A stretch of DNA of 64,000 nucleotides, taken from the NCBI GenBank assembly GCA_963662265.2, contig CAXXHA010000001.1:247672-311671 (forward strand), in the 5' to 3' direction. Position 1 is the stretch's first letter. Each line of letters starts with the position of its first letter. The notes under the pieces are model-generated. The model was not told the DNA's origin. It ran no database searches and saw nothing but the letters and a program-made list of their open reading frames with translations. The translations under genes were made by a program, and so were the position numbers. Shown here in pieces: positions 8,803 through 19,115 of this stretch. Source of the stretch: Spirochaetia bacterium (GTDB lineage: Bacteria; Spirochaetota; Spirochaetia; CADAEX01).

Positions 8803-10694
8803 TATACAACTCCTACAGCATCAAATTTACATGCATCAGCACATGCACCGCACTTTATACACAGATTCTCATCAATCACATGCGGCTCCTTGCGTTCACC
8901 TGAAATCGCTCCGACAGGACACTTTCTCGCACAGAGAGTACAGCCCTTGCACTTTTCAGCATCTATACTGTAGACAGCAAGTGCACTGCAGTTTCCTGTA
9001 GGACACTTTTTATCAACAACATGGGAAAGATATTCTTCCCTGAACTGTTTCAGTGTAGATAAAACAGGAGACGGGGCTGATTTACCGAGACCGCACAGCG
9101 AAGCTGTTGCTACAGTTTTGCTGAGTTCTTCAAGCAGAGAGAGAGTCTCTTCAGTCCCTCTTCCTTCAATTATGTCATCAAGAAGTTCCAGCATCTGCCT
9201 TGTCCCTTCCCTGCAGGGAACACACTTTCCGCATGATTCATGCTGGGTAAATGCCATGAAAAACCTTGCAACCTGAACCATACATGTGCTGCTGTTCATC
9301 ACCACAAGTCCGCCTGAACCTACCATTGCCCCGACCTTGCCGAGCGAATCAAAATCAAGAGGTATATCAAGATGTTCTTCTGTAAGACACCCTCCTGAAG
9401 GCCCTCCTATCTGCACAGCCTTGAAATCACTGTTATCGAGTTCCCCTTTTTCATTGATAACACCGCCGCCGATATCAAAAATTATCTGACGGAGAGTTGT
9501 CCCGAAAGGAACTTCTATAAGACCTGTATTTACTACATGGCCGGTAAGTGCAAAGGTTTTAGTTCCGGGAGATTTTTCTGTGCCTGTTTTGCTGTATGAT
9601 TCCGAACCATTCAGAATAATCAACGGAACAGCAGCAAGTGTTTCAACATTGTTTACAACAGTCGGCTTTTCCCAGAGTCCCTTCTCAGCTGTTCTCGGGG
9701 GTTTCGGCTTGGGCATTCCCCGGTTACCCATTATGCTGGATACCATTGCGCTTGCTTCACCGCAGACAAATGCTCCCGCACCTTCCATGACATGAAGCTT
9801 GAGAGAACTGTCAGTTCCGAAAATGTTGTTTCCGATAATTCCAGCCGCTTCAGCATCTGCAATAGCATTTCTTATTCTTTCAACAGCCAGCGGATATTCT
9901 GTTCTTACGTAGATATATCCTTCATCAGAACCTGTGGCACGGGAAGCAATCATCATTCCCTCTATAACTGAATGAGGATTTCCCTCAAGAATACTCCTGT
10001 CCATAAATGCGCCGGGATCCCCCTCATCACCGTTGCAGATTATGTATTTCTTATCACTTTTCTGCCAGAGAGCAAGTTCCCATTTCCTGCCTGTCGGGAA
10101 TCCCCCGCCGCCTCGGCCTCTGAGGCCGGAAGCTTTCATTTCATTGCAGATTTCTTCAGGTGTCATCTGAAGATAGGCCCGCCTTGCAGCTTCATACCCG
10201 TCTGAAGCTATATATTCATTGATATCTTCAGGATCACAATTTCCGCAGCTTTTCAGGACTGTACGCTTCTGTTTTGCATAGAAAGGTATATCGCCCTGCC
10301 CCCGGCATTTCCTATCTGTTGAAGGATCAGTATAAAGCAGCCTTTCTATAACCTCATTCCTGATTATTGTTTTTTCAACAATCTCCTCAACATCTTCCGG
10401 TTTAACATGAGCATACATTATTCCATCCGGTTCAATTGTAACAAGTGGCCCTACCTGGCAGAATCCCTGGCATCCGCTTCCGGATACAAGTACTTCGGGA
10501 GATTTTTCCTCCGGCTTCAGTTTTACATCGACACGGATATTTCTTTCCTTCTGCAGGCTGACAAGGAGGTCATAAATTTTTCTGGATCCGTTTGCAAGAC
10601 AACCGGTTCCCGCACAGACAATAATTCTCCTGTCTATATCTTTTCTCGCAGAAATATATTTGCTTTTTATTTTATCAAGATTTGCAACAGCCAT
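8802..10694 (-). CDS. hydB: NADH/FMN-binding hydrogenase subunit HydB (NuoF-like)
   Basis: GRGGGGFPTG, GDEGDPGAFMDR, FVCGE and ESCGKCVPCREG motifs, N-terminal 2Fe-2S and C-terminal 2x4Fe-4S. The 630-aa size fits electron-bifurcating HydB. Confidence 0.95.
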   Translation of the reverse strand: MAVANLDKIKSKYISARKDIDRRIIVCAGTGCLANGSRKIYDLLVSLQKERNIRVDVKLKPEEKSPEVLVSGSGCQGFCQVGPLVTIEPDGIMYAHVKPEDVEEIVEKTIIRNEVIERLLYTDPSTDRKCRGQGDIPFYAKQKRTVLKSCGNCDPEDINEYIASDGYEAARRAYLQMTPEEICNEMKASGLRGRGGGGFPTGRKWELALWQKSDKKYIICNGDEGDPGAFMDRSILEGNPHSVIEGMMIASRATGSDEGYIYVRTEYPLAVERIRNAIADAEAAGIIGNNIFGTDSSLKLHVMEGAGAFVCGEASAMVSSIMGNRGMPKPKPPRTAEKGLWEKPTVVNNVETLAAVPLIILNGSESYSKTGTEKSPGTKTFALTGHVVNTGLIEVPFGTTLRQIIFDIGGGVINEKGELDNSDFKAVQIGGPSGGCLTEEHLDIPLDFDSLGKVGAMVGSGGLVVMNSSTCMVQVARFFMAFTQHESCGKCVPCREGTRQMLELLDDIIEGRGTEETLSLLEELSKTVATASLCGLGKSAPSPVLSTLKQFREEYLSHVVDKKCPTGNCSALAVYSIDAEKCKGCTLCARKCPVGAISGERKEPHVIDENLCIKCGACADACKFDAVGVV

Positions 10695-11197
10695 TACTCT
10701 GCAGCCTCCTTTTCTCTGATTTCTTCAATCAGTTCATTCATTTTTGCCTCATCAACCTGTCCGTACACCTGATCATTGATAACAACAACAGGAGCCAGGC
10801 CGCACGCTCCAAGACAGGATACTGTCTCCAGTGTAAAAAGCAGATCCGGAGTACTTATTTCCTTTCCGGTAAGTCCCAGACATTTTTTAACCATTTTTAT
10901 GATATTGCCCGAACCTTTTACATGACAGGCAGTACCGTCACAGACCTTGATAACATATTTACCTTTCGGCTCCAGTGAAAAATGGCTGTAAAATGTTGCT
11001 ATACCGAAAACTTTAGCCGGAGACATTCTCAGCACAGATGCAACAAGAATCATTACCTCTTCAGGCAGATATCTGTATTCTTCCTGAACAGCCTGAAGTA
11101 TAGGTATAATTTTTCCCGGATCAGAATCATACCTGTCCAGAATTTCCCATACCTTCTGCAGTCTTACTGCTTCTTCAACAGTCTTTAAATCACTCAT
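10694..11197 (-). CDS. hydC: [2Fe-2S] hydrogenase subunit HydC (NuoE-like)
   Basis: ATFYSHF, CDGTAC and CLGACGLAP motifs. ATG 11197 lies 6 nt after AAGGAG. Confidence 0.93.
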   Translation of the reverse strand: MSDLKTVEEAVRLQKVWEILDRYDSDPGKIIPILQAVQEEYRYLPEEVMILVASVLRMSPAKVFGIATFYSHFSLEPKGKYVIKVCDGTACHVKGSGNIIKMVKKCLGLTGKEISTPDLLFTLETVSCLGACGLAPVVVINDQVYGQVDEAKMNELIEEIREKEAAE

Positions 11198-11212
11198 ACT
11201 CAACTCCTTAAA

Positions 11213-11247
11213 CGCTTTCGAGCACTTTCATGTCAGAAAGTCTCTGC
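11213..11247 (-). promoter_or_regulatory. Conserved pre-RBS hairpin element, copy 1 (before hydC)
   Basis: mRNA GCAGAGACUUUCUGACAUGAAAGUGCUCGAAAGCG, about 31/35 identical to 19116-19149 with a compensatory stem change. Confidence 0.6.
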
Positions 11248-12431
11248 TAAATGTAATCAACCTTGACTTCTTTCAATAAGTTGTTTGACAGGATGTCAGC
11301 TATCCGTCTGACAATATTCCTCCTTATTTCAAGCCCGACAGGGACATTCGGATCCTGATGGGCTTCATTAATTCTGGTCCCTACCAGAAACTCTATTTCA
11401 TCGCTGTCACGGAGAAGTTCAACCACTGCTGTGGCGCTGTTTTCTTTCCTTATTTCATCCAGGTTCTCTTCTTCAAGAATCTCTGCAACCCTGCTGAGGG
11501 TGAATATACCCTCTGTAACAATTTCAATTCCCTCCATCGATGCAGAGGGGGGGAGATCTGAATCCAGATTTGACATTTTTGTATCTACCGGGCGGTCAAG
11601 CTCTCTTGAAATAATATTTGCAGTTGTCCCGCCTGAAATAACAACCCTTCCGTTAAACTTATCTATTCTTGCAGCCAGCAGGGAATCCTTTTCCCTGTCT
11701 ATGGGGGGACCTGTCGCAATAAGCAGTTTTCTCGGTTCCCTGACATAGAAAACAGCAGCTGTAATATCATCCTTTGCTGTATAAATATCATTTCTCACAC
11801 CCCTGTTTACAATTTCACGGGCCAGGTTTCGTGCAGAGATATTTCCGTTGCGGCGGATAAGAGAAAGAATCCATTCACTGATTTTTTCATGTTCCCATCC
11901 GAACGGGTATGAGGCATTGCCCATTCCCGACTGTGTAACTCCATCGGAAAAAATAACTATTCTGTCCCCGGTCTGGAGCCTGAAACGGGATGAAAAGAGC
12001 GTGTTTCTTGAACTGACAGGGCTTTCAATCTTTACAGGTGTCCTTTCAGGACAGACAACCTCTCCTCCGCGGATAAGAATGTAGGGAGGATTATCAAATT
12101 CCACAATTTTAACAGATCTGTCATTTTCAATTTCAACTATTGTAAATGTTGCATAACTGATTTTCCGGATACTGCAGACAGGCAGGGACTGCATGATTAC
12201 CTGGGCAGTTCTTTTTGGGGATACCCTGCCGTCGATACATTTTGCGGCAAGAGTTGTTGTAAGAGTTGCAAGCACATTTGCCTTAACCCCGCTGCCGAGA
12301 CCATCGGAGAGAACAGAGACAGTCCTGCTTTCATCGCAGCTTCTCTGGGATAAAAAAACATCTCCTCCCACAAGCTGCCCTTTCTTGTAAATCTGGGCAG
12401 AATCAATTTCCAGAAAATAGTTGTCAGACAC
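11247..12431 (-). CDS. SpoIIE/PP2C-family Ser/Thr phosphatase (HfsC-like)
   Basis: GGD, LSDGLGSG, FSDG and DDIT motifs. GTG start coupled to the hydS stop. Confidence 0.88.
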   Translation of the reverse strand: MSDNYFLEIDSAQIYKKGQLVGGDVFLSQRSCDESRTVSVLSDGLGSGVKANVLATLTTTLAAKCIDGRVSPKRTAQVIMQSLPVCSIRKISYATFTIVEIENDRSVKIVEFDNPPYILIRGGEVVCPERTPVKIESPVSSRNTLFSSRFRLQTGDRIVIFSDGVTQSGMGNASYPFGWEHEKISEWILSLIRRNGNISARNLAREIVNRGVRNDIYTAKDDITAAVFYVREPRKLLIATGPPIDREKDSLLAARIDKFNGRVVISGGTTANIISRELDRPVDTKMSNLDSDLPPSASMEGIEIVTEGIFTLSRVAEILEEENLDEIRKENSATAVVELLRDSDEIEFLVGTRINEAHQDPNVPVGLEIRRNIVRRIADILSNNLLKEVKVDYI

Positions 12432-14176
12432 TACATGTCCTCCCCGGAAATATCCTTGCCTGAAAAAGAATCAATTATTTCATTGAGAATAACTTCATTT
12501 TCACCGGCATTTTCACCCAGGAGATAGGCAATTTTCTGTACAGTTTCAAGATTCTTATGAATAACTTTACGGGCATCGTTTATAACCCTGTCCCGGTTGA
12601 CCCAGGGTTTTGTAACATCCTGGATAATTGCGCCTGTTACCTGCCCCTTGTGAACAGGGAAAACAGTTATTGAAAGCACCTTTTTCTTGAATTCAACTTT
12701 CCTGTCTATGATTTCCCTGCCTGATTCAGCAACCTGGTTAAAAAGACCTGAAAAAGGGATCATCTTTTCAAGATTTGCCCCTGACAGATTGGGCCTGCTC
12801 TCCCACAGGAGAAGTGTTTCTTCACCCAGGAGTTCTGCAAAATTACGGTTGCATTCAATTATGGAAAGAGAACTGTCAGCAATAACAACACCTGAAGGCA
12901 TTTTTTCAATAATCGCATTTGCCTTTTTCTGTGCAAGAGTTCTCATGTAGGAGACACACATCAGGGATTCAGCTTTGTTGTCAAGGACAGCCCTGGCAAA
13001 ATCCCGGCAGGTATTATATCCGCAGCCGCCGCAGTTAAGCTCATCCTCGGGAGAATACTTGCCGATAGATTCCATTACTCTTATCAGCTCCAGGTCGGAA
13101 TGTGTTTTCCTTTCAGGAACAGATATATTTCTGCTGCATGTGACGGGAAAATAAGAACTTTTAGATAGAATTTCATTGAAATCAGGGCTGAAGTCTGTAC
13201 TTTTATCCCTGTACTGCTTCAGGACATCTCTTCTTTTTCGTACAGTCTCGCCCCTTTTGCAGCTCTTGGGACCATTGATACAACCGCCCCTGCATGCAAG
13301 AAGTTCAAGAAATAAATTTTCATCTTTTTCCGGTAACGGGATATTATCAAGCGCCGATTCTATCTCAGTCATACCGGAAATACTCATAAAAACAGTGTTA
13401 CTGCATTCGGAAAAGCTTTTTATGCTCTCACACATGCCGCCGTCAATAGGATAGAGAGCTCCCTTCCCCGCCTCACACGGGAAAAACTCATGCTTTTCAG
13501 ATGAGACAGTATCCGGGTTGATTCCCTTTGCATTGAAGAGATCCCGTATATCCTCAAATGTGACTGCAGCTGAAATAAGGTCGGGATTGTCATCAGCTTC
13601 TCTTTTTTTTGAAAGGCAGGGACCTGCAAAAACTATCTGGAAACTGCTGTCAATCTCTTTAAGCATTCTGCAGTGTGCTGTAAGGGGAGAACCTGTATCG
13701 GAAATATATTCTGAAGCCTTGTTTCTGTATTTGACAATATATTCTACAGCTGACGGGCATGCTGAAGATATAATAATACGTCCGCTTTCTTTTTCAAGCA
13801 TCTTTGAATATGCGGATGATACTATTTCAGCTCCCAGGGCTGTTTCTGAGACTGCTGAAAAGCCCAGTTCAAGCAACCCGTTTACAAGCTGGTTTCTGGA
13901 AAATTCAGGAAATTCCCCGGGATAGGAAGGGGCAAGTGAAAGTACAATCTTATCACCGCTCTCAAGAAGCGCCGATATTCTGCCGAGTTCATCCCGTCCC
14001 CTCTTGGCATGGGAGGGACAGACAGAAACGCACTTTCCGCAGTATATACAGAGGTCAGGATCAATTCTTGCATGCCCGTTATTGAAGCTTATCGCCTTTA
14101 CAGGGCAGTAGCGGACACATTTAAAACAGTCATGACATTCAGTCTTTTCAGTATATACAGGAAAAAGAAAATCCAT
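12431..14176 (-). CDS. hydS: Putative sensory [FeFe]-hydrogenase (group C, HydS/HfsB) with Fe-S and PAS domains
   Basis: 2x4Fe-4S N-terminus, variant H-cluster motifs SSACPS, GPCLSKKREA and ELLACRGGCINGP, then CGGCGYNTC FeS domain and a C-terminal PAS-like region. Confidence 0.88.
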   Translation of the reverse strand: MDFLFPVYTEKTECHDCFKCVRYCPVKAISFNNGHARIDPDLCIYCGKCVSVCPSHAKRGRDELGRISALLESGDKIVLSLAPSYPGEFPEFSRNQLVNGLLELGFSAVSETALGAEIVSSAYSKMLEKESGRIIISSACPSAVEYIVKYRNKASEYISDTGSPLTAHCRMLKEIDSSFQIVFAGPCLSKKREADDNPDLISAAVTFEDIRDLFNAKGINPDTVSSEKHEFFPCEAGKGALYPIDGGMCESIKSFSECSNTVFMSISGMTEIESALDNIPLPEKDENLFLELLACRGGCINGPKSCKRGETVRKRRDVLKQYRDKSTDFSPDFNEILSKSSYFPVTCSRNISVPERKTHSDLELIRVMESIGKYSPEDELNCGGCGYNTCRDFARAVLDNKAESLMCVSYMRTLAQKKANAIIEKMPSGVVIADSSLSIIECNRNFAELLGEETLLLWESRPNLSGANLEKMIPFSGLFNQVAESGREIIDRKVEFKKKVLSITVFPVHKGQVTGAIIQDVTKPWVNRDRVINDARKVIHKNLETVQKIAYLLGENAGENEVILNEIIDSFSGKDISGEDM

Positions 14177-14178
14177 AT

Positions 14179-14418
14179 TTAATTCTCCCTGAGTGAATTT
14201 CTGAGAAGATCTGTCAGAACAACAGGATCAACATTGTAATATCTCTTTCCGTCTATGGAGATGACAGGGCCTCTGCTGCATTCTTCCATACATAAACAGC
14301 CTGTAAGTTTTACACTACCTTCAATACCGTTATCCATGACAAAGTCTTGTGCAATCCGGACATTTTCCCTGTTTCCGCGCGAATGGCAGGAGCTTCCCAT
14401 GCAGATGACAATTTCCAT
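14179..14418 (-). CDS. Thioredoxin-like [2Fe-2S] ferredoxin (HfsA-like)
   Basis: CMGSSC...CLCMEECSRGP; first gene of the hydrogenase operon. Confidence 0.85.
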   Translation of the reverse strand: MEIVICMGSSCHSRGNRENVRIAQDFVMDNGIEGSVKLTGCLCMEECSRGPVISIDGKRYYNVDPVVLTDLLRNSLREN

Positions 14419-14420
14419 AA

Positions 14421-14480
14421 AAACCAGCCTTATAAGGATATTTTCTTATCGATATATTTATATCCTTATAAGGCTGGTTT
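14421..14480. repeat. Perfect 21-bp inverted repeat (18-bp spacer) overlapping the hydrogenase-operon promoter and RBS region
   Basis: AAACCAGCCTTATAAGGATAT (14421-14441) and ATATCCTTATAAGGCTGGTTT (14460-14480). Minus-strand TTGACA (14485-14480), 17 bp, TATAAA (14462-14457). Confidence 0.85.
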
Positions 14481-14675
14481 GTCAATAGCTACATTTTTAT
14501 CGATACGCAATTATTGTTTAAGAGCTGAAGAATATAAGCAAAAGAACGATATGAGATTCCAAATTAAATTGTATTAATAAAAAATGATAGTGAGGATGCA
14601 AACAGGATATCTGAAATGAAATACAGTATACAGAAATTAAAATTATCTATAATTATCCTTAAAATATAAGCTGTG

Positions 14676-17210
14676 TCAGGTTTTAAAATGATTTATTCCC
14701 CGCTCAAGTTCATCACCTATTTCACTGATTTCATCGGTAAGCTTTTTGACAATAAACATTGCATCGGATATTTCCAAAGTACCATTCTGTATTTCACTTA
14801 TCGCATGATCAACTTCATTTGAAATATTTTTCACCATTCCCATCGAAGATGCGACCTCCCCGGTACCGGCTCCTATTTCCGTTGCGCTTTCCCTTACCCT
14901 GACAGAAATATCCTGCAGAGAATTCACTGCTGTTAGTATTTCATCAGTCCCTGTTCTGAGTTCTTCAGTATTCATCTGAATTTCAGAGAGGGCATTTATA
15001 ACAGACCCCACTTCATCTGAAATTTCACTGAATGCTGAATTCATATCATCGCTTGTCCGGTCTGCATTCTGGATTTTCTCAATAATAGTCTTTATTGTCT
15101 TTGTTATCTCACCGGAATTTTTCTGTGAAGATTCAGCAAGCTTACGTATTTCATCTGCAACAACAGCAAAACCTCTCCCCTCATCCCCCGCATGGGCAGC
15201 TTCAATTGCCGCATTCATGGCAAGAAGGTTAGTCTGTTCAGATATTTCATTAATAACACGAGCCATATCGCTTATACTGTCAACATTTTTATTTATCTCA
15301 TCTATCAGTTTTACTGTAAGAACAAGTTTCTCCCCGCCGTTCCTTACAGTATTATTCAGTTTTCCGGCAGCTGCTATTTTGCTGTCTGTGATATCAGCAA
15401 CCATTTTGATCGATCTGATCATGGCTGAAACAGATGCTGTTGACTGCTCAACCATTGATGCCTGATTATCTATCTGGCTGTTGAAAGAATTAACACTGCT
15501 GCTTATCTCTTCTACAGCAGATGTTGATGTGGAAATGCTGCTGTTGAGTATATGAATCTGCTTCAAAATACTGTCAATATTTGCCTTTATCTGTACAACA
15601 GCAGCAGATGTTTCCTCTGTTGTTTCGATAAGGTTTTTCTTGACATCAATATTTCTTGAGGATGAATTTTTGATCGATAAAATTGATTTTTTAAGCTTGC
15701 CTGTAAGCAGGTTGAAATTACGCGCCAGTATTCCAGTTTCATCAGAATTTTTATCGCTTTTATATACACGGCATTCTGAGCAGTTATTATGAAAACCTGA
15801 TTCAAGATGCCTGCAGATCACCTTCCTGCTGTGATCAGGAGCGAAACTCCCTATTTCATCCCAGCAGGAAAGTCCCTCTTTCCCGGATATTCCCGGCTCA
15901 AGATCAGAACCTGCAGCTTTTTTACTGATAACTATATTACGTCTTAAATCCCCTTCTGCAACAACTTTAGTCATATCAGCAATCTTTGTTATGGGAAGCG
16001 TTATTGTGCTGATAACAAAACCACTCAGGAAAATTACTGCCAGTATGAGAAATGCGGTAATACCGACAGTTATCAGCATGGTCCTGACAACATCAGATCT
16101 CACTGATACTTCCCTGATCTTTATCTGTTCATTTATATCATCGATATATACACCTGTTCCGATAATCCAGTTCCAGGGACTGAAAAGCCTGATAAAGGAT
16201 TCCTTGGGCTGATCAAGAGTGGTGCCATCCTCTGTCGGCTTGGGCCAGAGGTATTCAACAAACCCGGATCCCGATTTTTCAGCAACTTCAACAAAAGCTG
16301 TAAAAAGATTTTTCTTTTCCTCTCCGACAACATTATATTCCGGGTTACTGAGAACCTGACCGTCAAGAGAAGGGATTACAGGATGCATTACCATTTCAGG
16401 ATAAGGCTTCGAAGTATTGTTGATCCAGAAATAGCCAACACCCCTGTCATATCTCATCCTGCTGATTATCCCGATAGTATCACTCTTTGCCTGATCAACA
16501 GCATCATCAATATAGATACCAGTCCCTATAATCCAGTCCCATTCATCTATCAGCCTTACATAGGAAAGTTTCGGCTGCTCTTCCGTGACACCTCCGGGAA
16601 CCGGTTTAGGCCATAAATACCTGACAAATCCTTCCCCCTTTTCACTGCAGACCCTGTTGAATACAACAAAGAGGTTTTCCCTTTCCTCCCCGACAGTATT
16701 GTATTTTTCACTGTCAAGGATTTCTCCGTTCAGAGACGGGCTTATCGGGTGCATTACCATTTCAGGATAAGGCTCCAGAGTATTGTTGATCCAGACATAT
16801 CCCGTACCGCCGTCATATCTGATATTGCGGATCCGGCTCACTGCCCTTTCTTTAGCCTCTTCCTCGTTCCTTACCCCTTCTTCATAATCAGCAATTTCTT
16901 CCCTGATTATTGTCTCTGCAATTTCAACCGTACTCTTAAGCCTGCTTCCGTATTTGCCGGACAGATAATTATCACTTCTTGTGTTTTCATAGTTTGATTC
17001 AATAATGTTATATACGACATCGATCAGGTCTTTAAGATCGCTTCTCACATCTTCGATATTCTCTTTCCTGTACATTGCTATTTCATCTTTACTGCGGTTT
17101 AGAAGTGTCAGAATATTTATTGCAGCCAGTGATACAGAAATGATAAGAATTGATACAACAAGGGTAAAATTTATCTTGTTCAGAATTTTCCATTTTTGAA
17201 ATTTTCTCAT
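14676..17210 (-). CDS. Methyl-accepting chemotaxis protein with two tandem Cache-type sensor domains and a Cys-rich insert in the HAMP domain
   Basis: Two TM segments, duplicated GYx[14 protein letters not shown]...YLWPKP...WIIGTG, and signalling motif [33 protein letters not shown]. Confidence 0.93.
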   Translation of the reverse strand: MRKFQKWKILNKINFTLVVSILIISVSLAAINILTLLNRSKDEIAMYRKENIEDVRSDLKDLIDVVYNIIESNYENTRSDNYLSGKYGSRLKSTVEIAETIIREEIADYEEGVRNEEEAKERAVSRIRNIRYDGGTGYVWINNTLEPYPEMVMHPISPSLNGEILDSEKYNTVGEERENLFVVFNRVCSEKGEGFVRYLWPKPVPGGVTEEQPKLSYVRLIDEWDWIIGTGIYIDDAVDQAKSDTIGIISRMRYDRGVGYFWINNTSKPYPEMVMHPVIPSLDGQVLSNPEYNVVGEEKKNLFTAFVEVAEKSGSGFVEYLWPKPTEDGTTLDQPKESFIRLFSPWNWIIGTGVYIDDINEQIKIREVSVRSDVVRTMLITVGITAFLILAVIFLSGFVISTITLPITKIADMTKVVAEGDLRRNIVISKKAAGSDLEPGISGKEGLSCWDEIGSFAPDHSRKVICRHLESGFHNNCSECRVYKSDKNSDETGILARNFNLLTGKLKKSILSIKNSSSRNIDVKKNLIETTEETSAAVVQIKANIDSILKQIHILNSSISTSTSAVEEISSSVNSFNSQIDNQASMVEQSTASVSAMIRSIKMVADITDSKIAAAGKLNNTVRNGGEKLVLTVKLIDEINKNVDSISDMARVINEISEQTNLLAMNAAIEAAHAGDEGRGFAVVADEIRKLAESSQKNSGEITKTIKTIIEKIQNADRTSDDMNSAFSEISDEVGSVINALSEIQMNTEELRTGTDEILTAVNSLQDISVRVRESATEIGAGTGEVASSMGMVKNISNEVDHAISEIQNGTLEISDAMFIVKKLTDEISEIGDELERGINHFKT

Positions 17211-17355
17211 CTTTATAAACTCCCTGTCTTATGCGGCAGCCATGATGAAATAATCATATTTAAATGTAGATAAGGAATAGTATAGGATTTAAATATTTCA
17301 AATTCAATTTTTTGAGAGAAAAAAGGAAATTACTTTTATCAAATGAGCTTAGCTT

Positions 17356-17395
17356 AAAAAAAGCAGAGGCTTTTGATTTAAACAAAAACCTCTGC
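17356..17395 (-). terminator. Intrinsic terminator after the nfeD-floA operon
   Basis: GCAGAGG...CCTCTGC stem followed on the minus strand by a 7-U run. Confidence 0.65.
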
Positions 17396-17403
17396 CGAAT
17401 AAT

Positions 17404-18084
17404 TCAGATTTTTTCAGATACCGGTTTATCAAGGATCTCCTTGAGAACAACAGCTTTCTGTATATCGGGATAACGGGAAAGTGTATCAAGTATCCCCCCT
17501 TTTTTCCTTCTGCCCCCGGATACAGAAGCAGTCTTTAACCCGGAAAGTGAACGGATGTCTTTCTTTCCGGCAGTTTTCTTTTCCTGCCCCCTGGAATATT
17601 TTTCAGATTTTTTCTTTTTATCAATCCAATCATCAGGTATATCTTCCCTGTCCTCTTTACGGTAGTCTTTCTCCGGAGTATCATCCTTTACATCATATTT
17701 TACAAAACTTTCACGGGAATAGACTGTTTTAAGGAATTCCTTACCCTTATAACCTCTGGCATCAGCATAGGAATCCTGATGTACTTCTTCTGCATCAGGA
17801 TAAGCAGCTTCTTCTGCCTCTTCCCGGTAGGCAGTTTCATATTCTCCGTCAGGCATGAATGCTGATTTGAAATCACGATCAGCATCTTCAGCATGCTGCC
17901 CCTCTTTCTTGAGCCGTTCTGCCTCTTCCATGCTCTTTATAAGCTCTTCAAGCTTGTCCCTGAGCGGAGGAGATTTTGCTCCGGCAGATTTCTTTTTATC
18001 TCCGCCGGAAGCAGCTTTTTTTATCTTGTTCATCACCCTGACAATGAAAATAATCATGGCAATGAAAAATATCAAACCTTCCAT
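17404..18084 (-). CDS. Hypothetical membrane-anchored charged protein (third gene of nfeD-floA operon, YqfB-like position)
   Basis: N-terminal TM helix and C-terminal IQKAVVLKEILDKP; synteny with floA. Confidence 0.7.
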   Translation of the reverse strand: MEGLIFFIAMIIFIVRVMNKIKKAASGGDKKKSAGAKSPPLRDKLEELIKSMEEAERLKKEGQHAEDADRDFKSAFMPDGEYETAYREEAEEAAYPDAEEVHQDSYADARGYKGKEFLKTVYSRESFVKYDVKDDTPEKDYRKEDREDIPDDWIDKKKKSEKYSRGQEKKTAGKKDIRSLSGLKTASVSGGRRKKGGILDTLSRYPDIQKAVVLKEILDKPVSEKI

Positions 18085-18095
18085 AACAGTTTGCC

Positions 18096-19100
18096 CTATT
18101 CGCCGTTTTTACCTTCGGCTGATTCATCTCCGGCCCTGCTGATCGCATCTCTCATGCTTGTATCAGATTCAATGTTCTTGAGCCTGTAATAATCCATTAC
18201 ACCGATTTTACCGGTTTTAAGCGCTTCTGCCATTGCAAGAGGAACCTGGGCCTGAGCATCGATAACCTTGGCCTGCATCTCCTGTGCCCGCGCCTTCATT
18301 TCCTGTTCCTGGGCAATAGCCATTGCCCTTCTGGTTTCAGCCCGTGCCTGGGCAATCTTGAGATCTGCTTCTGCCTGGTCAGTCTGCAGAGCTGCTCCGA
18401 CATTATCACCGACATCAACATCAGCAATATCTATTGAAAGGATCTCAAAAGCTGTACCTGAATCAAGACCTCTTTCAAGCACTACCTTGGAAATAAGATC
18501 CGGATTTTCAAGAACTGTCTTGTAGCTTTCTGAAGAACCGATTGCAGAGACAACACCTTCGCCTACACGGGCAATAATTGTATCTTCAGTCGCTCCGCCG
18601 ACCAGATTTGCAATATTAGTCCTTACTGTAACCCTTGCCTTCCCTTTCAGCTGTATGCCGTCTTTTGCAACAGCGCTTATCATTCCGCTCTTGGGACAGT
18701 CGATAACTTTCGGGTTTACAGAAGTCTGTACAGCTTCAAGCACATCACGGCCTGCAAGATCTATAGCCGCAGCCATGGAAAAATCAAGATTTATCTTTGC
18801 CTTGTTTGCAGCAATAAGAGACTGTACAACTTTCATTATCTGCCCCCCGGCAAGATAATGGGTTTCAAGCATATTTGTTGTTATATCAATTCCCGCTTTC
18901 TGCGCTGAAATAAGCGCCTCGACAATAAGTTTAGGGGGAACTCTCCTGAATCTCATCAGAAAGAGCTGAATAAGAGATACTCTTACACCGCTTGCTACAG
19001 CACTGAACCATAAAGGTATTGGTATGAAGCTGAAAAAAATTACAAGAAAAAGTATGACAAGTATTGTCATGATAATAACTAGAAAAGGGAAACCAATCAT
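18096..19100 (-). CDS. floA: Flotillin-like protein FloA (YqfA family)
   Basis: [56 protein letters not shown] and GVMDYY motifs. Confidence 0.95.
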   Translation of the reverse strand: MIGFPFLVIIMTILVILFLVIFFSFIPIPLWFSAVASGVRVSLIQLFLMRFRRVPPKLIVEALISAQKAGIDITTNMLETHYLAGGQIMKVVQSLIAANKAKINLDFSMAAAIDLAGRDVLEAVQTSVNPKVIDCPKSGMISAVAKDGIQLKGKARVTVRTNIANLVGGATEDTIIARVGEGVVSAIGSSESYKTVLENPDLISKVVLERGLDSGTAFEILSIDIADVDVGDNVGAALQTDQAEADLKIAQARAETRRAMAIAQEQEMKARAQEMQAKVIDAQAQVPLAMAEALKTGKIGVMDYYRLKNIESDTSMRDAISRAGDESAEGKNGE

Positions 19101-19115
19101 TTAAACCTCCAATAT

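Noticed and set aside
11213-11247. CUGA...GAAA in the hydC/floA element suggested a hammerhead ribozyme
   Set aside because: Neither copy has the CUGANGA core, and the three-stem arrangement with an NUH site is missing.
14419-14600. Canonical Rex box upstream of the hydrogenase operon
   Set aside because: No convincing TTGTGAA-N4-TTCACAA match was found by eye.
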